Shown piece after piece: positions 41,401-56,333 of a stretch of 64,000 nucleotides of DNA. The translations under genes were made by a program, and so were the position numbers. The notes under the pieces are model-generated. The model worked only from the letters and a program-made list of their open reading frames with translations. It made no database searches and had not been told where the DNA came from. The stretch's first letter is position 1; each line of letters starts with the position of its first letter. Source of the stretch: Eledone cirrhosa (lineage: Eukaryota); assembly GCA_964016885.1 (NCBI GenBank), contig CAXHJY010000023.1, positions 115,713-179,712 on the forward strand. The letters are read 5' to 3'.

Positions 41401-44400
41401 AGGTGTTTTGGGAGGTGAGTATTACGTTGTGTAGACAGGTGTTTTGGGAGGTGGGCACTACGCTGTGTAGACAGGTGTTTTGGGAGGTGAGTATTACGCT
41501 GTGTAGACAGGTGTTTTGGGAGGTGGGCACTACGCTGTGTAGACAGGTGTTTTGGGAGGTGGGCATTACGCTGTGTAGATAGGTGTTTTGGGAGGTGGGC
41601 ACTACGCTGTGTAGACAGGTGTTTTGGGAGGTGGGCACTACGCTGTGTAGACAGGTGTTTTGGGAGGTGAGTATTACGCTGTGTAGACAGGTGTTTTGGG
41701 AGGTGGGCACTACGCTGTGTAGACAGGTGTTTTGGGAGGTGAGTATTACGTTGTGTAGACAGGTGTTTTGGGAGGTGGGCACTACGCTGTGTAGACAGGT
41801 GTTTTGGGAGGTGAGTATTACGCTGTGTAGACAGGTGTTTTGGGAGGTGGGCACTACGCTGTGTAGACAGGTGTTTTGGGAGGTGGGCATTACGCTGTGT
41901 AGATAGGTGTTTTGGGAGGTGAGTATTACGCTGTGTAGACAGGTGTTTTGGGAGGTGGGCACTACGCTGTGTAGACAGGTGTTTTGGGAGGTGAGTATTA
42001 CGCTGTGTAGACAGGTGTTTTGGGAGGTGGGCACTACGCTGTGTAGACAGGTGTTTTGGGAGGTGAGTATTACGCTGTGTAGACAGGTGTTTTGGGAGGT
42101 GGGCACTACGCTGTGTAGACAGGTGTTTTGGGAGGTGGGGACTACGCTGTGTAGACAGGTGTTTTGGGAGGTGGGCACTACGCTGTGTAGACAGGTGTTT
42201 TGGGAGGTGGGGACTACGCTGTGTAGACAGGTGTTTTGGCAGGAGGGCACTACGCTGTGTAGACAGGTGTTTTGGGAGGTGGGCACTACGCTGTGTAGAC
42301 AGGTGTTTTGGGAGGTGAGTATTACGCTGTGTAGACAGGTGTTTTGGGAGGTGGGCACTACGCTGTGTAGACAGGTGTTTTGGGAGGTGGGGACTACGCT
42401 GTGTAGACAGGTGTTTTGGCAGGAGGGCACTACGCTGTGTAGACAGGTGTTTTGGGAGGTGGGCACTACGCTGTGTAGACAGGTGTTTTGGGAGGTGGGC
42501 ACTACGCTGTGTAGACAGGTGTTTTGGGAGGTGGGCACTACGCTGTGTAGACAGGTGTTTTGGCAGGAGGGCACTACGCTGTGTAGACAGGTGTTTTGGG
42601 AGGTGGGCACTACGCTGTGTAGACAGGTGTTTTGGCAGGAGGGCACTACGCTGTGTAGACAGGTGTTTTGGGAGGTGGGCACTACGCTGTGTAGACAGGT
42701 GTTTTGGCAGGAGGGCACTACGCTGTGTAGACAGGTGTTTTGGGAGGTGGGCACTACGCTGTGTAGACAGGTGTTTTGGGAGGTGGGCACTACGCTGTGT
42801 AGACAGGTGTTTTGGGAGGTGGGCACTACGCTGTGTAGACAGGTGTTTTGGCAGGAGGGCACTACGCTGTGTAGACAGGTGTTTTGGGAGGTGGGCACTA
42901 CGCTGTGTAGACAGGTGTTTTGGGAGGTGGGGACTACGCTGTGTAGACAGGTGTTTTGGGAGGAGGGCACTACGCTGTGTAGACAGGTGTTTTGGCAGGA
43001 GGGCACTACGCTGTGTAGACAGGTGTTTTGGGAGGTGGGGACTACGCTGTGTAGACAGGTGTTTTGGCAGGAGGGCACTACGCTGTGTAGACAGGTGTTT
43101 TGGGAGGAGGGCACTACGCTGTGTAGACAGGTGTTTTGGCAGGAGGGCACTACGCTGTGTAGACAGGTGTTTTGGGAGGTGGGGACTACGCTGTGTAGAC
43201 AGGTGTTTTGGGAGGTGGGCACTACGCTGTGTAGACAGCTGTTTTGGGAGGTGGGCACTACGCTGTGTAGACAGGTATTTTGGGAGGTGGGGACTACGCT
43301 GTGTAGACAGGTGTTTTGGCAGGAGGGCACTACGCTGTGTAGACAGGTGTTTCGGGAGGTGGGGACTACGCTGTGTAGACAGGTGTTTTGGGAGGTGGGC
43401 ACTACGCTGTGTAGACAGGTGTTTTGGGAGGTGGGGACTACGCTGTGTAGACAGGTGTTTTGGGAGGTGGGCACTACGCTGTGTAGACAGGTGTTTTGGG
43501 AGGTGGGGACTACGCTGTGTAGACAGGTGTTTTGGCAGGAGGGCACTACGCTGTGTAGACAGGTGTTTTGGGAGGTGGGGACTACGCTGTGTAGACAGGT
43601 GTTTTGGGAGGTGGGCACTACGCTGTGTAGACAGGTGTTTTGGGAGGTGGGCACTACGCTGTGTAGACAGGTGTTTTGGGAGGTGGGGACTACGCTGTGT
43701 AGACAGGTGTTTTGGGAGGTGGGCACTACGCTGTGTAGACAGGTGTTTTGGGAGGTGGGGACTACGCTGTGTAGACAGGTGTTTTGGCAGGAGGGCACTA
43801 CGCTGTGTAGACAGGTGTTTTGGGAGGTGGGGACTACGCTGTGTAGACAGGTGTTTTGGGAGGTGGGCACTACGCTGTGTAGACAGGTGTTTTGGGAGGT
43901 GGGCACTACGCTGTGTAGACAGGTGTTTTGGGAGGTGGGGACTACGCTGTGTAGACAGGTATTTTGGGAGGTGGGGACTACGCTGTGTAGACAGGTGTTT
44001 TGGGAGGTGGGGACTACGCTGTGTAGACAGGTGTTTTGGGAGGTGGGGACTACGCTGTGTAGACAGGTGTTTTGGGAGGTGGGCACTACGCTGTGTAGAC
44101 AGGTGTTTTGGCAGGAGGGCACTACGCTGTGTAGACAGGTGTTTTGGGAGGTGGGCACTACGCTGTGTAGACAGGTGTTTTGGGAGCTGGGCACTACGCT
44201 GTGTAGACAGGTGTTTTGGGAGGTGGGCACTACGCTGTGTAGACAGGTGTTTTGGGAGGTGGGCACTACGCTGTGTAGACAGGTGTTTTGGGAGGAGAGT
44301 ATTACGCTGTGTAGACAGGTGTTTTGGGAGGTGGGCATTACGCTGTGTAGACAGGTGTTTTGGGAGGTGGGCATTACGCTGTGTAGACAGGTGTTTTGGG

Positions 44401-45550
44401 AGGTGGGCACTACGCTGTGTAGACAGGTATTTTGGGAGGTGGGGACTACGCTGTGTAGACAGGTGTTTTGGCAGGAGGGCACTACGCTGTGTAGACAGGT
44501 GTTTTGGGAGGTGGGGACTACGCTGTGTAGACAGGTGTTTTGGGAGGTGGGCACTACGCTGTGTAGACAGGTGTTTTGGGAGGTGGGGACTACGCTGTGT
44601 AGACAGGTGTTTTGGGAGGTGGGCACTACGCTGTGTAGACAGGTGTTTTGGGAGGTGGGGACTACGCTGTGTAGACAGGTGTTTTGGCAGGAGGGCACTA
44701 CGCTGTGTAGACAGGTGTTTTGGGAGGTGGGGACTACGCTGTGTAGACAGGTGTTTTGGGAGGTGGGCACTACGCTGTGTAGACAGGTGTTTTGGGAGGT
44801 GGGCACTACGCTGTGTAGACAGGTGTTTTGGGAGGTGGGGACTACGCTGTGTAGACAGGTGTTTTGGGAGGTGGGCACTACGCTGTGTAGACAGGTGTTT
44901 TGGGAGGTGGGGACTACGCTGTGTAGACAGGTGTTTTGGCAGGAGGGCACTACGCTGTGTAGACAGGTGTTTTGGGAGGTGGGGACTACGCTGTGTAGAC
45001 AGGTGTTTTGGGAGGTGGGCACTACGCTGTGTAGACAGGTGTTTTGGGAGGTGGGGACTACGCTGTGTAGACAGGTATTTTGGGAGGTGGGGACTACGCT
45101 GTGTAGACAGGTGTTTTGGGAGGTGGGGACTACGCTGTGTAGACAGGTGTTTTGGGAGGTGGGGACTACGCTGTGTAGACAGGTGTTTTGGGAGGTGGGC
45201 ACTACGCTGTGTAGACAGGTGTTTTGGGAGGTGGGCACTACGCTGTGTAGACAGGTGTTTTGGGAGCTGGGCACTACGCTGTGTAGACAGGTGTTTTGGG
45301 AGGTGGGCACTACGCTGTGTAGACAGGTGTTTTGGGAGGTGGGCACTACGCTGTGTAGACAGGTGTTTTGGGAGGAGAGTATTACGCTGTGTAGACAGGT
45401 GTTTTGGGAGGTGGGCATTACGCTGTGTAGACAGGTGTTTTGGGAGGTGGGCATTACGCTGTGTAGACAGGTGTTTTGGGAGGTGGGCATTACGCTGTGT
45501 AGACAGGTGTTTTGGGAGGTGGGCACTACGCTGTGTAGACAGGTGTTTTG
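38459..45550. repeat. 36-bp minisatellite, ~197 copies (ggaggtgggcactacgctgtgtagacaggtgttttg)
   Basis: Unbroken 36-bp phase over ~7.1 kb with substitution variants only. Confidence 0.97.
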
Positions 45551-45671
45551 ATCTTAATCCATTTTGTCAGTGTAAGAGTCTGACTTTTAGTATAATTTAA
45601 AACGTCTGTTAATTTTCTCTGGATTCTAGAGATACAAACGTTTGCGTACATGTTTCCGTATTCAGTGTGGT

Positions 45672-45885
45672 AGATTGGTAGAATCAGTAGTGCGCCAGAC
45701 ACTATGCTTTGTGGCAGAGAGTTACGTTACATTACGTTCTGAGTTCAAATCTCGCCAAGGTTACCTTTGCCTCTCGTCCTTGCGGGCTCGATAAAGTAAA
45801 GCTCAATTAATGCACTGGGGTAGATTTAATCGGTTTTCACCTCCCCCCAAATTGCTGGATTTCTGTCTAAATTAGAAACAAATTA
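45672..45885 (+). mobile_element. SINE family 1 (older, longer variant)
   Basis: ctgagttcaaatctcgcc, gcactgggg, attagaaacaaatta. Confidence 0.75.
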
Positions 45886-46110
45886 TAACAACTAATAAGA
45901 TCAATTAAATCGACTAAAGCATCGGACCGTCAAATTAATAAATATTAAGCCATCTTCAGAAACCCTTTTATTGGGGGGAAAGGGGACTGCCTATAAATGT
46001 GCAGACAACAGTTATCGGACCAACAGAAACGCCCAGCAATATTCACACATGTTGTGCCTTTATTCCTCTACTTTAAATATTAAATTGATATTATAATTTA
46101 TACAAGTGTA

Positions 46111-46480
46111 TGGCATTATCGGTAGAGTGTCGGACGCCATGCTTTGACGCATTGATTTACGGCCCTTTACGATCTGATTTCAAATCCCGCCGAGGTTAAC
46201 TTTGCCTTTCATCCTTACGGGGTCGATAGAATAAAGTACCAGTAATACACTGGGTATTTGCTGGCCTTGTGCCAAGAGTAGAAACAATTATAATTTTACA
46301 AATGGATTGGCAGTATCGGTAGAGGATCTGACGCCATGCTTTGCAGCATAGAGTTACGGCTCTTTACGGTCTGAATTCAAATCCCGCCGAGGTTAACTTT
46401 ACCTTTCGGCCTTACAGGGTCGATAAAATAAAGTACCAGTAATACTCTGATTAATTGATGTGCCAAAAGTAGAAACGATT
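46111..46480 (+). mobile_element. Two tandem SINE family 1 copies (46111-46290 and 46303-46480)
   Basis: Two head-to-tail full-length copies. Confidence 0.85.
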
Positions 46481-46489
46481 ATAATTTAT

Positions 46490-46700
46490 ACAATAGATAA
46501 TATGTATTTTTACCTTCAACCTTATTTCTGACGTTTAACGCAGTTTTTTTCTTTTTTCTTTTTTTTTTTCTAAATATTCTCTTTATTCTTCTGTAATACT
46601 CCTTTCTAAAAATATCCTTCGTGGTACTATATTGCATCTCATAACATTTGATTAGGGATTCGGTTTTTGTTCTCTGATTTTTGCGTTTAAACACAACTTC
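46490..46700 (-). pseudogene. Short relic of an R4/Dong-like RT C-terminal region
   Basis: KEYYRRIKRIFR...LNVRNKV..NTY resembles the ILKS.LN.RN.I.AINS segment at 51481. Confidence 0.35.
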
Positions 46701-46970
46701 GAGTTTTTAATTATTTTCCAATTAGACAGTTTTTTTATCGTTACACCAATTCTATACATATTTTTGTTAGCAGAAATGAATTCATAAAGAATTTACAAAG
46801 TTACTTATCCAGTTGCCTGTTTTATATAGCTTACATTACCTTTCTAGAGCTAATTATTGTAGGGCGAACCTACCAAATTATGTATTGAGGGTTATTATAC
46901 ATTAAGTATAATTATTTCGAAGCTCAGATAAATGAATATCGTGAAGTGAGAGATATAATGAAGCGACTAA

Positions 46971-47180
46971 GGCGGTGGAGAGGCAGAATCGTGTGTCTGA
47001 CATAATTTGCGGAATATAGTTATGAACTTCTAAGTTCTGAATTCAAATCGCGCCGAGGATATATTTGCATTTCATCCTGTGATCGATAACAAAGCACCAG
47101 TAACGCACTGGGGTCGATTTAAAAGATGTTCCTCATCCCTTCAAATTGCTGGCCTTGTAACATATATAGAAACAATTATT
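46971..47180 (+). mobile_element. SINE family 1 (diverged)
   Basis: ctgaattcaaatcgcgccgagg, gcactggggtcgatt, attgctggccttg. Confidence 0.72.
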
Positions 47181-48425
47181 ACATTATCTTCATCATGCAG
47201 CAATATCGACGTCTTTTTACTCTCTTTGGCATGGAGGGGGTTGATAAATAGGTTTAGTACTGAGGCAATTTTGTTATTATGCAGTGTTTCCAATATCCAG
47301 TTGTGTGTTCTGCTGCCAAACACTGTGCAGTAATCAATCCACTCAATGTTTAGATCATTCTATATCTGTTTTAATATTTGTGATAAGAACAGCCATGTTT
47401 ACCAATAGATGTTCCTCTTTTACATCCATATATCGCGAGAAGAAACTCTTTCTTCTCCGCAAGAAACATTAATATTATAAATTTCCTTATGAGATGCTAG
47501 CATTTTACATACATACATGTACACACACATACATACACACTCACACACACACGTTGTGTGTGTGTGTGTGTGTGAGTGTGTTCGTCAGTTGATATATTTA
47601 TATATATAATTATATATACATATATATATACATATATATATATACATACATATATTTATATACATATATACATATACATACATATATTTATATATACATA
47701 TACATATATATTTATATATACATATACATATATATATTTATATATACATATACATATATATATTTATATATACATATACATACATATATTTATATATACA
47801 TATACATACATATATTTATACATATACATACATATTTATATATAATCATATATATATACATATATACACACGCATATATATGTATAAACATATATTCACA
47901 CACACATACATATATATATATACACACACATACATATATATATATATACACACACATACATATATATACATATATATATACACACACATACATATATATA
48001 AAATATATATATATATATATATACACCCACATACATATACACACACATATACACATACACACACATACACACACATATATATATAAACATATCCAACAAT
48101 AAGCACCCACCCAAATATTTCACTTCTTTATTGTCGGTGAAGAGGTTATTGATCTTCAGTGCTTTCTATGCCGTCGTGCGGTTCGATTTCAGAATCAATA
48201 TTCATTTCCTCTCTGGTAAGCAATCTACTGTCCAGTCTGGTCATTTCAATAATTTAGTTAACGCTCCTGCAATGTTATTTTTTCACTTGCTTTGTCGTTT
48301 AATGAAAAAAAAACCTCCAAACTTTCTGAATTCTGCTAAAACTTCCAGATGCTACTGTTTAGAGATTTGTTTTCTTTTTTCCTACATACCTCTGTAGTTA
48401 TACTTGATAGCTTCATTGTTATTTT

Positions 48426-50040
48426 TTGGCAGTATCGGTAGAGCAACAGACACCATGCTCTGCAGCATCGAGTTATGGTCCTTTACGTTCTGAGTTCAAA
48501 TCTGCCGAGGTTAACTTTGCCTTTCATCCTTTCAGGGTCGATAAAATAAAGTACCAGTTATGCGCTGTTGTAATTGCTGGCCTTGTGCCAAAAATAGAAA
48601 TATTATTACTGTTAAAGATTGGCCGTATCTATACAGTGTCGGGCACCATACTTCGGGGCATAGAGTTACGTCACTTTATGCAATATTGTGCATAAAGGTG
48701 TGCAGCAGTGTTATACAGTAGCGCCAAGGGTGTACAGTTTGTGTGTGCCCCCCCCCTCCATTTCTTCTCTATATTTTTTGTTTTATTGCATTATTTATTC
48801 TCTATAAGGTCAGTGGATTAGCAGTATCGGTAGAGGGTCGGACACCATGCTTTGCAGCATAGAGTTACGTCCCTTTACAATCTGAGTTCAAATCCTGCTG
48901 AGGTTAACTTTGCCTTTCATCCTTACGGGGTCGATAAAATAAAGTACCAGTAACGTACTGGGGTCGATTTAATTGATTTTCCCTTCCCCCTAAATTACTG
49001 GCCTTGTTCCTATGCTAGAAATCATTATTTATTCTCATTTCTCTCTTTTGCTGTTTATTATTTTAACCCTAACTAAAAGGGGGTGCATTGGCAGTATCGG
49101 TAGAGCGTCGGTCAACATGCCCTGTCGTATAGAGTTACGTCCCTTTACATTCTGAGTTCAAATAGGGTTAGCTTTTCCCTTAATCCATTCGGCGTCTATA
49201 AAATGTCAGTAATACACTGGGTTTGATTGTATCGACTTACCCATCCCACCAAAGTGTTGGGCTTGTACCTAAATCCGAAAACATTATTACTGATTGGCAG
49301 TATCGGTAGAGAGTCGGACGCCATGCTTTGCAGCATAGAGTTACGCCCCTTTATGGTGTGAGATCAAATCCCGCCGAGGTTAATTTTGCCTTTCATCCCT
49401 ACGGACTCGATAACATAAAGTACCAGTAATACACTGGAGTAATTGCTGGCCTTGTGCCAAAAGTAGAAACAATTATATATATATATATATATATATATAA
49501 ATGTTTACTTTAATTAATTCTGGGATTAATTTAAAATATTTTATAACAATTTAACGACTTACCTCTGTTCGAGTTGTGTAGATACATTTTCCAGTTCGTG
49601 AAACAACAGAATGAGTCAATTGAGACAAATATGAAATTCATGAGGTAATATCCATATAAATAATTAGCCCAGACATATATGAAATACATGTAACAATGTC
49701 CATTAACATAGTTCAAATAATTTTGAAGAAGCGAACAACAGTTGGAAGAGGTTACTTTTTCCTAGGGGGTATTGTAGATATACATCAGAATGATACATTT
49801 GTTGTTGAAGGTTGTTTAGTACACTCTGGCACAGTAGATTTTATTTTTAGAGAGATTTATTACGTTATTGTTTGGCCATGTCGGTCGACTGGGTGTGTGG
49901 CATATAGTTAGTTACATTTACTTTTCATCCTTACTTAGTCGATAAAAAAGAAACCCAGTAATGCACTGGGGTCGATTTAATCGTCATTTCCATCCAACCC
50001 AAATTGTTGGCCTTGTGCCTAAATAAGAAAAAGTATTACT
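48426..50040 (+). mobile_element. Cluster of same-strand SINE family 1 copies (48426-48607, 48814-49028, 49087-49290, 49291-49475, partial ~49920-50040)
   Basis: Repeated gcagtatcggtagag heads and gtagaaacaatta-type tails. Confidence 0.82.
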
Positions 50041-50055
50041 GTTTAAATAAATGCG

Positions 50056-50310
50056 CATAGCCAAGTGGTAAAGCTGCCGGACTTACGATTATAGTGCCGT
50101 ATGCTGAAATTGTGGACTGGGTTTTATGCCGTGGTATTGAGTAAAATAATTCATTTTACTTTGCTCTGATTAAAATGGGTACCAATAGTAGATGGGAGTT
50201 TAACCCTGCAATGAACTGGCGTCCTGTCCAAGGAAGTCTTGCATTCTAAGTAAGGGAAACCAGGATAAGTGTCGACCTGATGACTCTCCGGCCAAGAGAC
50301 TGATAAAATG
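50056..50310 (+). mobile_element. SINE family 2
   Basis: tagccaagtggtaaa A-box, aaccctgcaatgaactggcgtcctgtcca, gaaaccaggataag..cctgatga. Homologous to 23965-24260. Confidence 0.55.
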
Positions 50311-50344
50311 TAGTTGGATATATGCCCTAATGAATTTCAAGCTG

Positions 50345-51480
50345 CTACCTGAAGATTCGGGTATTCAGGGCAAATCGGAGGTTTCTTGTTTTTCCCAGAG
50401 GTGTTGCATAAAAGAGGGCAGGGCTAACGTTCATTAACCATCCTTGGAAGCTCTTCAAGCTAGTAGCTAGTGCTCCTATGACAATGAGGATGACATTGAT
50501 CTTATGACATTTCCAAATCCTTTTAAGTTCCCTCTTTACATCCTTGTACCGGTTAATTTTCTTCTTTTCCTTTTCTTGCAATCTCGTGTCAATATATCTA
50601 TTATCGAGCAATTTCTTTTCCTTCTCAAAAGCCACCATGTCTGGCCTATTATGTTCTAAATCTTTATCGGTTTGTACCCTGAAATCCCACAGGACCTGTA
50701 CCCGGTCGTTTTCTATCAAGGACTCTGGCTTATCCTCATATCATTTCTCAAAATGAGGTATTTTGTGCAGTTTGCATAAATGTGAGTGAACCTCTTTTCT
50801 TATGATGTCATGCCTCCATCAATTGTTGTGAATCTGGGCTCGGTGTTTACACTCGGATACGATGTGACCCACAGTTTCATCTCTCCCTCCACAAAATCCT
50901 ATAGGGCGGGCTCGCTTCCTCCTTGTCAATATGGTGTTTCATCCACTTCATTCTAAGGGTTTGCTCCTGTGCAGCCAGTAACATTCCATCTGTGGTTTTC
51001 TTGAGGACTCTTTCATTAACCAGACCCATGTCTGCGGATCTCTCAGTACTGTTTTCTTTAAAAAGATGCTATGAAAGGTATTTACGTTCAGGTTGTTCTT
51101 CCTCGTTGCTGATACTTCTTTCTTGGGCATCCCCTGGTCTATTGTCTCCTTTTTCAATACAGTCTTAAACACTGGCTCGTTACTCTCAGACATATTTGTG
51201 TAGACAGCTCTTCTCAATCTGAACACCGTCCTCCACGCTGATAAGACCACTCCACCTTCACATTTCCTTAAGTACATTCTATCAATATAACCTTTCTTAT
51301 GACACATACTATAGGTAGTCATTAATTTCCTTATCTTTCTATCCAGTTCCTTTTGCTCGTTTACATTCCATTTAAGAATTCCCGCACTGTACCTACTAAT
51401 AGACACAGTACAGGAATTTATTGCACTTATGGCATTTCTACTATTTAGCTGTGGTGATTTGAGTATGTTCTTTAATTTCA
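50345..51480 (-). mobile_element. 5'-truncated R4/Dong-like RLE non-LTR retrotransposon pseudogene
   Basis: AINS..SRYSAGILKW, ETVGHIVSEC zinc knuckle, RHD, VLWDFRVQTDKDLEHNRPDMV RLE motif. Abuts a (TAG)n tract at 51481-51545. Confidence 0.8.
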
Positions 51481-51493
51481 TAGTAGTAGTAGC

Positions 51494-51545
<52 letters not shown>

Positions 51546-51992
51546 AGAGTACTGAATTATTGCGGTGTTAAGGTCATAAAACCTCATTCACGTACCATGA
51601 GAAGGGGCAAGAACCCAATCCTCCTACACTCCTGGCTTCCAAATCCGAGGTAAATATGAGTAATCCAATTTTCTGATCAATAAATCACTTAACTAATTTA
51701 AAGAGGTTGTGTATTGCAGAGACTCATATAGTCTTTATGTCTGTAATTCTATTATGAAATGCAGAAGAGACATAACATTTAACAAGAGTTTTATTTTTAT
51801 TACATTAGAGTCCGGTCGACGCACTTCCAAACAATTTCCATCTAACTAATTTATGTCACATGTCAGGAGAGGAATCCAGCTTATGGTTAAATGTCTCCTG
51901 CGATGGGAACGAGCCGAAAACTTCATCAACAGGCGTGTGAACAACTTAAACATTCATCCATTTTGCTAGAAATCAATATAGTTTAAATTAAA

Positions 51993-52172
51993 TAATTGTT
52001 TCTACGTTAGGCACAAGGCCAGCAATTACTCAGTGTATTACTGGTACTTTATTTTATCGACCCCGTAAGGATGAAAGGCAAAGTTAACCTCGGCGGGATT
52101 TGAACTCAGAATGGCAAGGGCCGTAACTCAATGCGTCAAAGCATAGACCAATCTACCAATACTGCCAATCCA
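51993..52172 (-). mobile_element. SINE family 1
   Basis: Full-length reverse copy. Confidence 0.85.
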
Positions 52173-52465
52173 AATTAAAAAATAGTGGATTTTGTCAGTT
52201 GGCAAACGGATCACTTATGGATGGATACAAATAATTTTTGATTGCAGAATATCGCATCTGGCAACTGGCGACTGGCAAACGATGAAGGTAACGATGTCGC
52301 TGTAATCTTGAATATATGGAACAGATTCCCAAACAGCAATTTCTAAGACGCTATCTCAATGAAGTCAACAGTTGGAAATATAAACAAACGATTATCGTTG
52401 TAAACAGAGGAAGAATTCGGAGGTTTTCTCTTGAGGGCATCATGCCAAATGTTGGACGATTTCAA

Positions 52466-54055
<1,590 letters not shown>

Positions 54056-54453
54056 ATAATATAAGATCAAAAGATGGTTAAAGGAGTTCCATGTATTTTA
54101 TTATGCGCATTTCAAAAACAAACACCATCATGCAATAATATTTGTGTTTTCATCAGATAAAACAGGAGAACATGATATGAAGGCTATAAAACACTTGTGG
54201 ATAGTGCAGTTTTAAATCAACAAGTGTTTTTTTAGCCTTCATATCATGTTCTCCTGTTTTATCTGATGAAAACACAAATATTATTGCATGATGATGTTTG
54301 TTTTTGAAATGCGCATAATAAAATACATGGAACTCCATTAACCATCTTTTGATCTTATATTATGTATACTCCAGTCCTACAAACTGTAGAGTGCTTCTTA
54401 TCCGATATCTGCATTGCTTTATTGTACTACAATAAAACTCACCTCCTACATAT
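54056..54453. mobile_element. Second fold-back family B element with hammerheads at 54096-54162 (-) and 54257-54323 (+)
   Basis: Reverse-oriented near-identical copy of 5152-5581 with a different central junction. Confidence 0.8.
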
Positions 54454-54481
54454 ATTTATATATATATATATAAATACATAA

Positions 54482-54528
<47 letters not shown>

Positions 54529-54698
54529 TATAAACATATATATGTATATATATATATATATATGTATATATATGTATATATAGGTATATATATATAGGTA
54601 TATATATTTATATATATGTATATATATATATATATATATGTGTATATATATATATATATATAGATTACATGAATCAAAGTTCTGTTTAAATCATTTAT

Positions 54699-54747
54699 TT
54701 GCTTACAGTTGTTTCATCTAAACCGAGGTTTGGATTCATCGGAGCAA
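54699..54747 (-). ncRNA. Minimal type I hammerhead (core U4C variant or decayed)
   Basis: ttgct CCGATGA atccaaacc tc ggtttagat GAAA caactg TA agcaa. Confidence 0.6.
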
Positions 54748-54794
54748 TTATTCAGTGATTTTTAACATACTTGACCTATATTTATATATATATA

Positions 54795-55055
54795 TAAACG
54801 GAAAAAAATGAAACGAAATTTCATTTCCCACTCTTAGTACGGCTGTTACTTAAATATAAGTATGTACACGTACATACATATATGTATACAGACGTACAGT
54901 AGTATGTATATATATATATATATACATGCACACATATATATATATATGTACGTATGGATTCACCGAATCCATACGTACATATATATATATGTGCATGTAT
55001 GTATAAATGCATACTACTGTACGTCTGTATACATATATGTATGTACGTGTACATA

Positions 55056-55062
<7 letters not shown>
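54795..55062. mobile_element. Diverged family A relative ending in a ~210-bp palindrome (54854-55062)
   Basis: gaaacgaaatt...cact..tagtacggctg..cttaaa..taagt..atgtaca..catatgtatac..tagtatg aligns by eye to the 465-bp unit. Centre ggattc-acc-gaatcc. Confidence 0.6.
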
Positions 55063-55097
<35 letters not shown>

Positions 55098-55132
55098 AGA
55101 ATATGTATGTGTGTGCGTGTGCGCGTGTTTAT

Positions 55133-55243
55133 ATGAAAAGATTCAGGACACCAATGGCTGAGCTTCGGCCGACAATTAAATCTCTTCGGATCTAGTTGTC
55201 GCAACGGCCGAAGCTCAGCCGTGAGGGTCCTGAATCTTTTCAT
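55133..55243. other. GC-rich 111-bp rod-like hairpin
   Basis: atgaaaagattcaggac/gtcctgaatcttttcat, ggctgagcttcggccg/cggccgaagctcagcc, cgacaa/ttgtcg. Confidence 0.75.
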
Positions 55244-55322
55244 TTTCCACCCCCTACTACACCAGGTATCATGTACTCGCGTGGGTTTTGGTCAAACAGG
55301 TATTTTCCCAGACCAGACCCTA

Positions 55323-55420
<98 letters not shown>

Positions 55421-56073
55421 CGAACTAGATTGAAATTAGAAATAGAAACTTTCTCCGTATTTATTGACTAAAGAAATTTTAGCCCGAAATTGGGGTTTAT
55501 ACATATATACATATACATGTGTGTGTATACATATGTATACCTATATATAATATATATATATATATATGTGTGTGTGTATGCGTATATATATATATATGTG
55601 TGTGTGTGTGCGTGTGTGCGTATATATACATATGTATGTGTATGTATGTATATATACATTAGCTTGACGTTACTCGTGATCATGTGTGGACGTATAGATT
55701 TAGAGATTTAGTGTGCGTGCATTACAAATAATAGTTTGTGAATGATAAGGCCAGTAACCTCCCATAGTACTGGTCAGAGATCGCTGCAGTGTGCCTCACG
55801 GCAAGACACTGATAAATTAATATCTTCTATTCATCTACGTGTGTAGCATAGGAAGAAAGACTTGAGTGATTCTACCTTGGAACTGATTAAATATCATATC
55901 TATAAGGATATTTATATTGCCAAACCGTTTTATCACTAACGAATACGGGGTTATGAACACGGAACATTCAAGACTGTGTACATGTAGTCATTACAGACAA
56001 ATATCATTGCTTATATACATGGATGTATATATATTGATATATATATATATATATACATATATTCATATATATA

Positions 56074-56123
<50 letters not shown>

Positions 56124-56301
56124 CATACATATACATATATATATACATATATATGTACAAGCATACAATATGGTTATACATACGTACAGATGCACTTACA
56201 CATAATACCATATCTATCTATCTATTTCTCGATATATAACGCAGACCTCTATTTAAATGAGATATCTAAGCGATTGTGTTTCTATCCTGAGGCTCACACC
56301 A

Positions 56302-56333
<32 letters not shown>

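Noticed and set aside
38456-45551. CRISPR-like 36-bp repeats or a giant repeat-protein CDS
   Set aside because: The repeats are contiguous with no spacers and no cas genes. The ORFs start and end with the array, and the + frame is broken by stops.
51810-51900. Possible Tc1/mariner transposase relic (SPDM...EIVW-like)
   Set aside because: Too short and degraded to support.
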